A stretch of DNA of 44,213 nucleotides, from NCBI GenBank assembly GCA_021818005.1, contig JAKAFI010000001.1, positions 1 through 44,213 of the forward strand, written 5' to 3'. Below the pieces are notes generated by a model. That model was not told where the DNA came from, made no database searches, and saw only the letters and a list, made by a program, of their open reading frames with translations. Below, piece after piece: positions 44,099 to 44,213 of the stretch (positions are counted from its first letter, which is position 1; each line of letters begins with the position of its first letter). The DNA is from Acidobacteriota bacterium (GTDB lineage Bacteria; Acidobacteriota; Thermoanaerobaculia; Thermoanaerobaculales; Thermoanaerobaculaceae). Both the position numbers and the translations under genes were made by a program.

Positions 44099-44213
44099 GC
44101 ATCGCCGTCTCGCGCCCGCTCTGGCGGTTGGCGACCAAGCGCGGATGGCGCCGCACCCTGCGTCGCGCGCTGGCGCGCGCAGACGAGACGTTGCATCGTC
44201 GCGAGCGGCTCGG
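44095..44213 (+). CDS. Partial hypothetical CDS running off the window
   Basis: The GTG at 44095 overlaps the previous stop (GTGTGA) and follows a GGAGGAGG RBS. The frame stays open to the window edge (VSIAVSRPLWRLATKRGWRR...). Confidence 0.25.
   Translation, partial: MSIAVSRPLWRLATKRGWRRTLRRALARADETLHRRERL

Larger units (their letters stand above)
38432..44213 (+). mobile_element. Integrated element (prophage remnant or integrative element), left end; it continues beyond the window
   Basis: It starts at the truncated tRNA-Phe fragment. The order is integrase, unknown ORF, Xis-like HTH, small ORFs, wHTH replication-like protein, DnaB-type helicase. The genes form tight operon-style ATGA overlaps. 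Confidence 0.7.

Noticed and set aside
1-44213. CRISPR arrays, rRNA genes, IS elements with terminal inverted repeats, and long tandem repeats.
   Set aside because: I saw no regularly spaced direct repeats, no rRNA-like conserved blocks and no transposase-like ORFs. The only short tandem repeat is the 2x GTGTTGACCC upstream of int.

Overview
This is a high-GC chromosomal segment, roughly two-thirds or more G+C by eye. It comes from a diderm (Gram-negative-type) bacterium, since LPS-transport genes and a TolC-family gene are present. The gene order resembles Acidobacteriota or Myxococcota/Deltaproteobacteria-like genomes, but that is an inference only.

Most of the window is housekeeping backbone:
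- J-domain/TPR protein, PP2C phosphatase, mtgA and accA.
- A long LptC/LptA-like protein followed by lptB-rpoN-hpf-ptsN-hprK-rapZ-EIIA(Man)-ptsH-ptsI. This is a permease-less regulatory PTS attached to the sigma-54 locus.
- A cupin protein, miaB, a bifunctional nuclease, parA and parB.
- A single-ORF LptF-LptG fusion.
- On the minus strand: rocD, dnaE, a NadB-like flavoprotein, three ABC ATPases and a TolC-family gene.
- On the plus strand: a hotdog thioesterase, an ALDH7-type dehydrogenase, kdsC and rtcB.

Two mobile insertions stand out.
1. A 614-nt group II intron ribozyme with no ORF lies on the minus strand at 22871->22258. It has the consensus 5' end, a canonical domain V with a CGC triad, and a domain VI with a bulged A. 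It sits 14 nt behind the rocD terminator hairpin, which is the typical niche of class C introns.
2. An integrated element begins at a truncated tRNA-Phe(GAA) 3' fragment (38382..38431) and runs off the right edge of the window. It carries a P4-type tyrosine integrase, an Xis/AlpA-like HTH protein, unknown ORFs and a DnaB-type helicase module.

I found no CRISPR array, rRNA or intact tRNA. The many very long ORFs antisense to real genes are high-GC artefacts.
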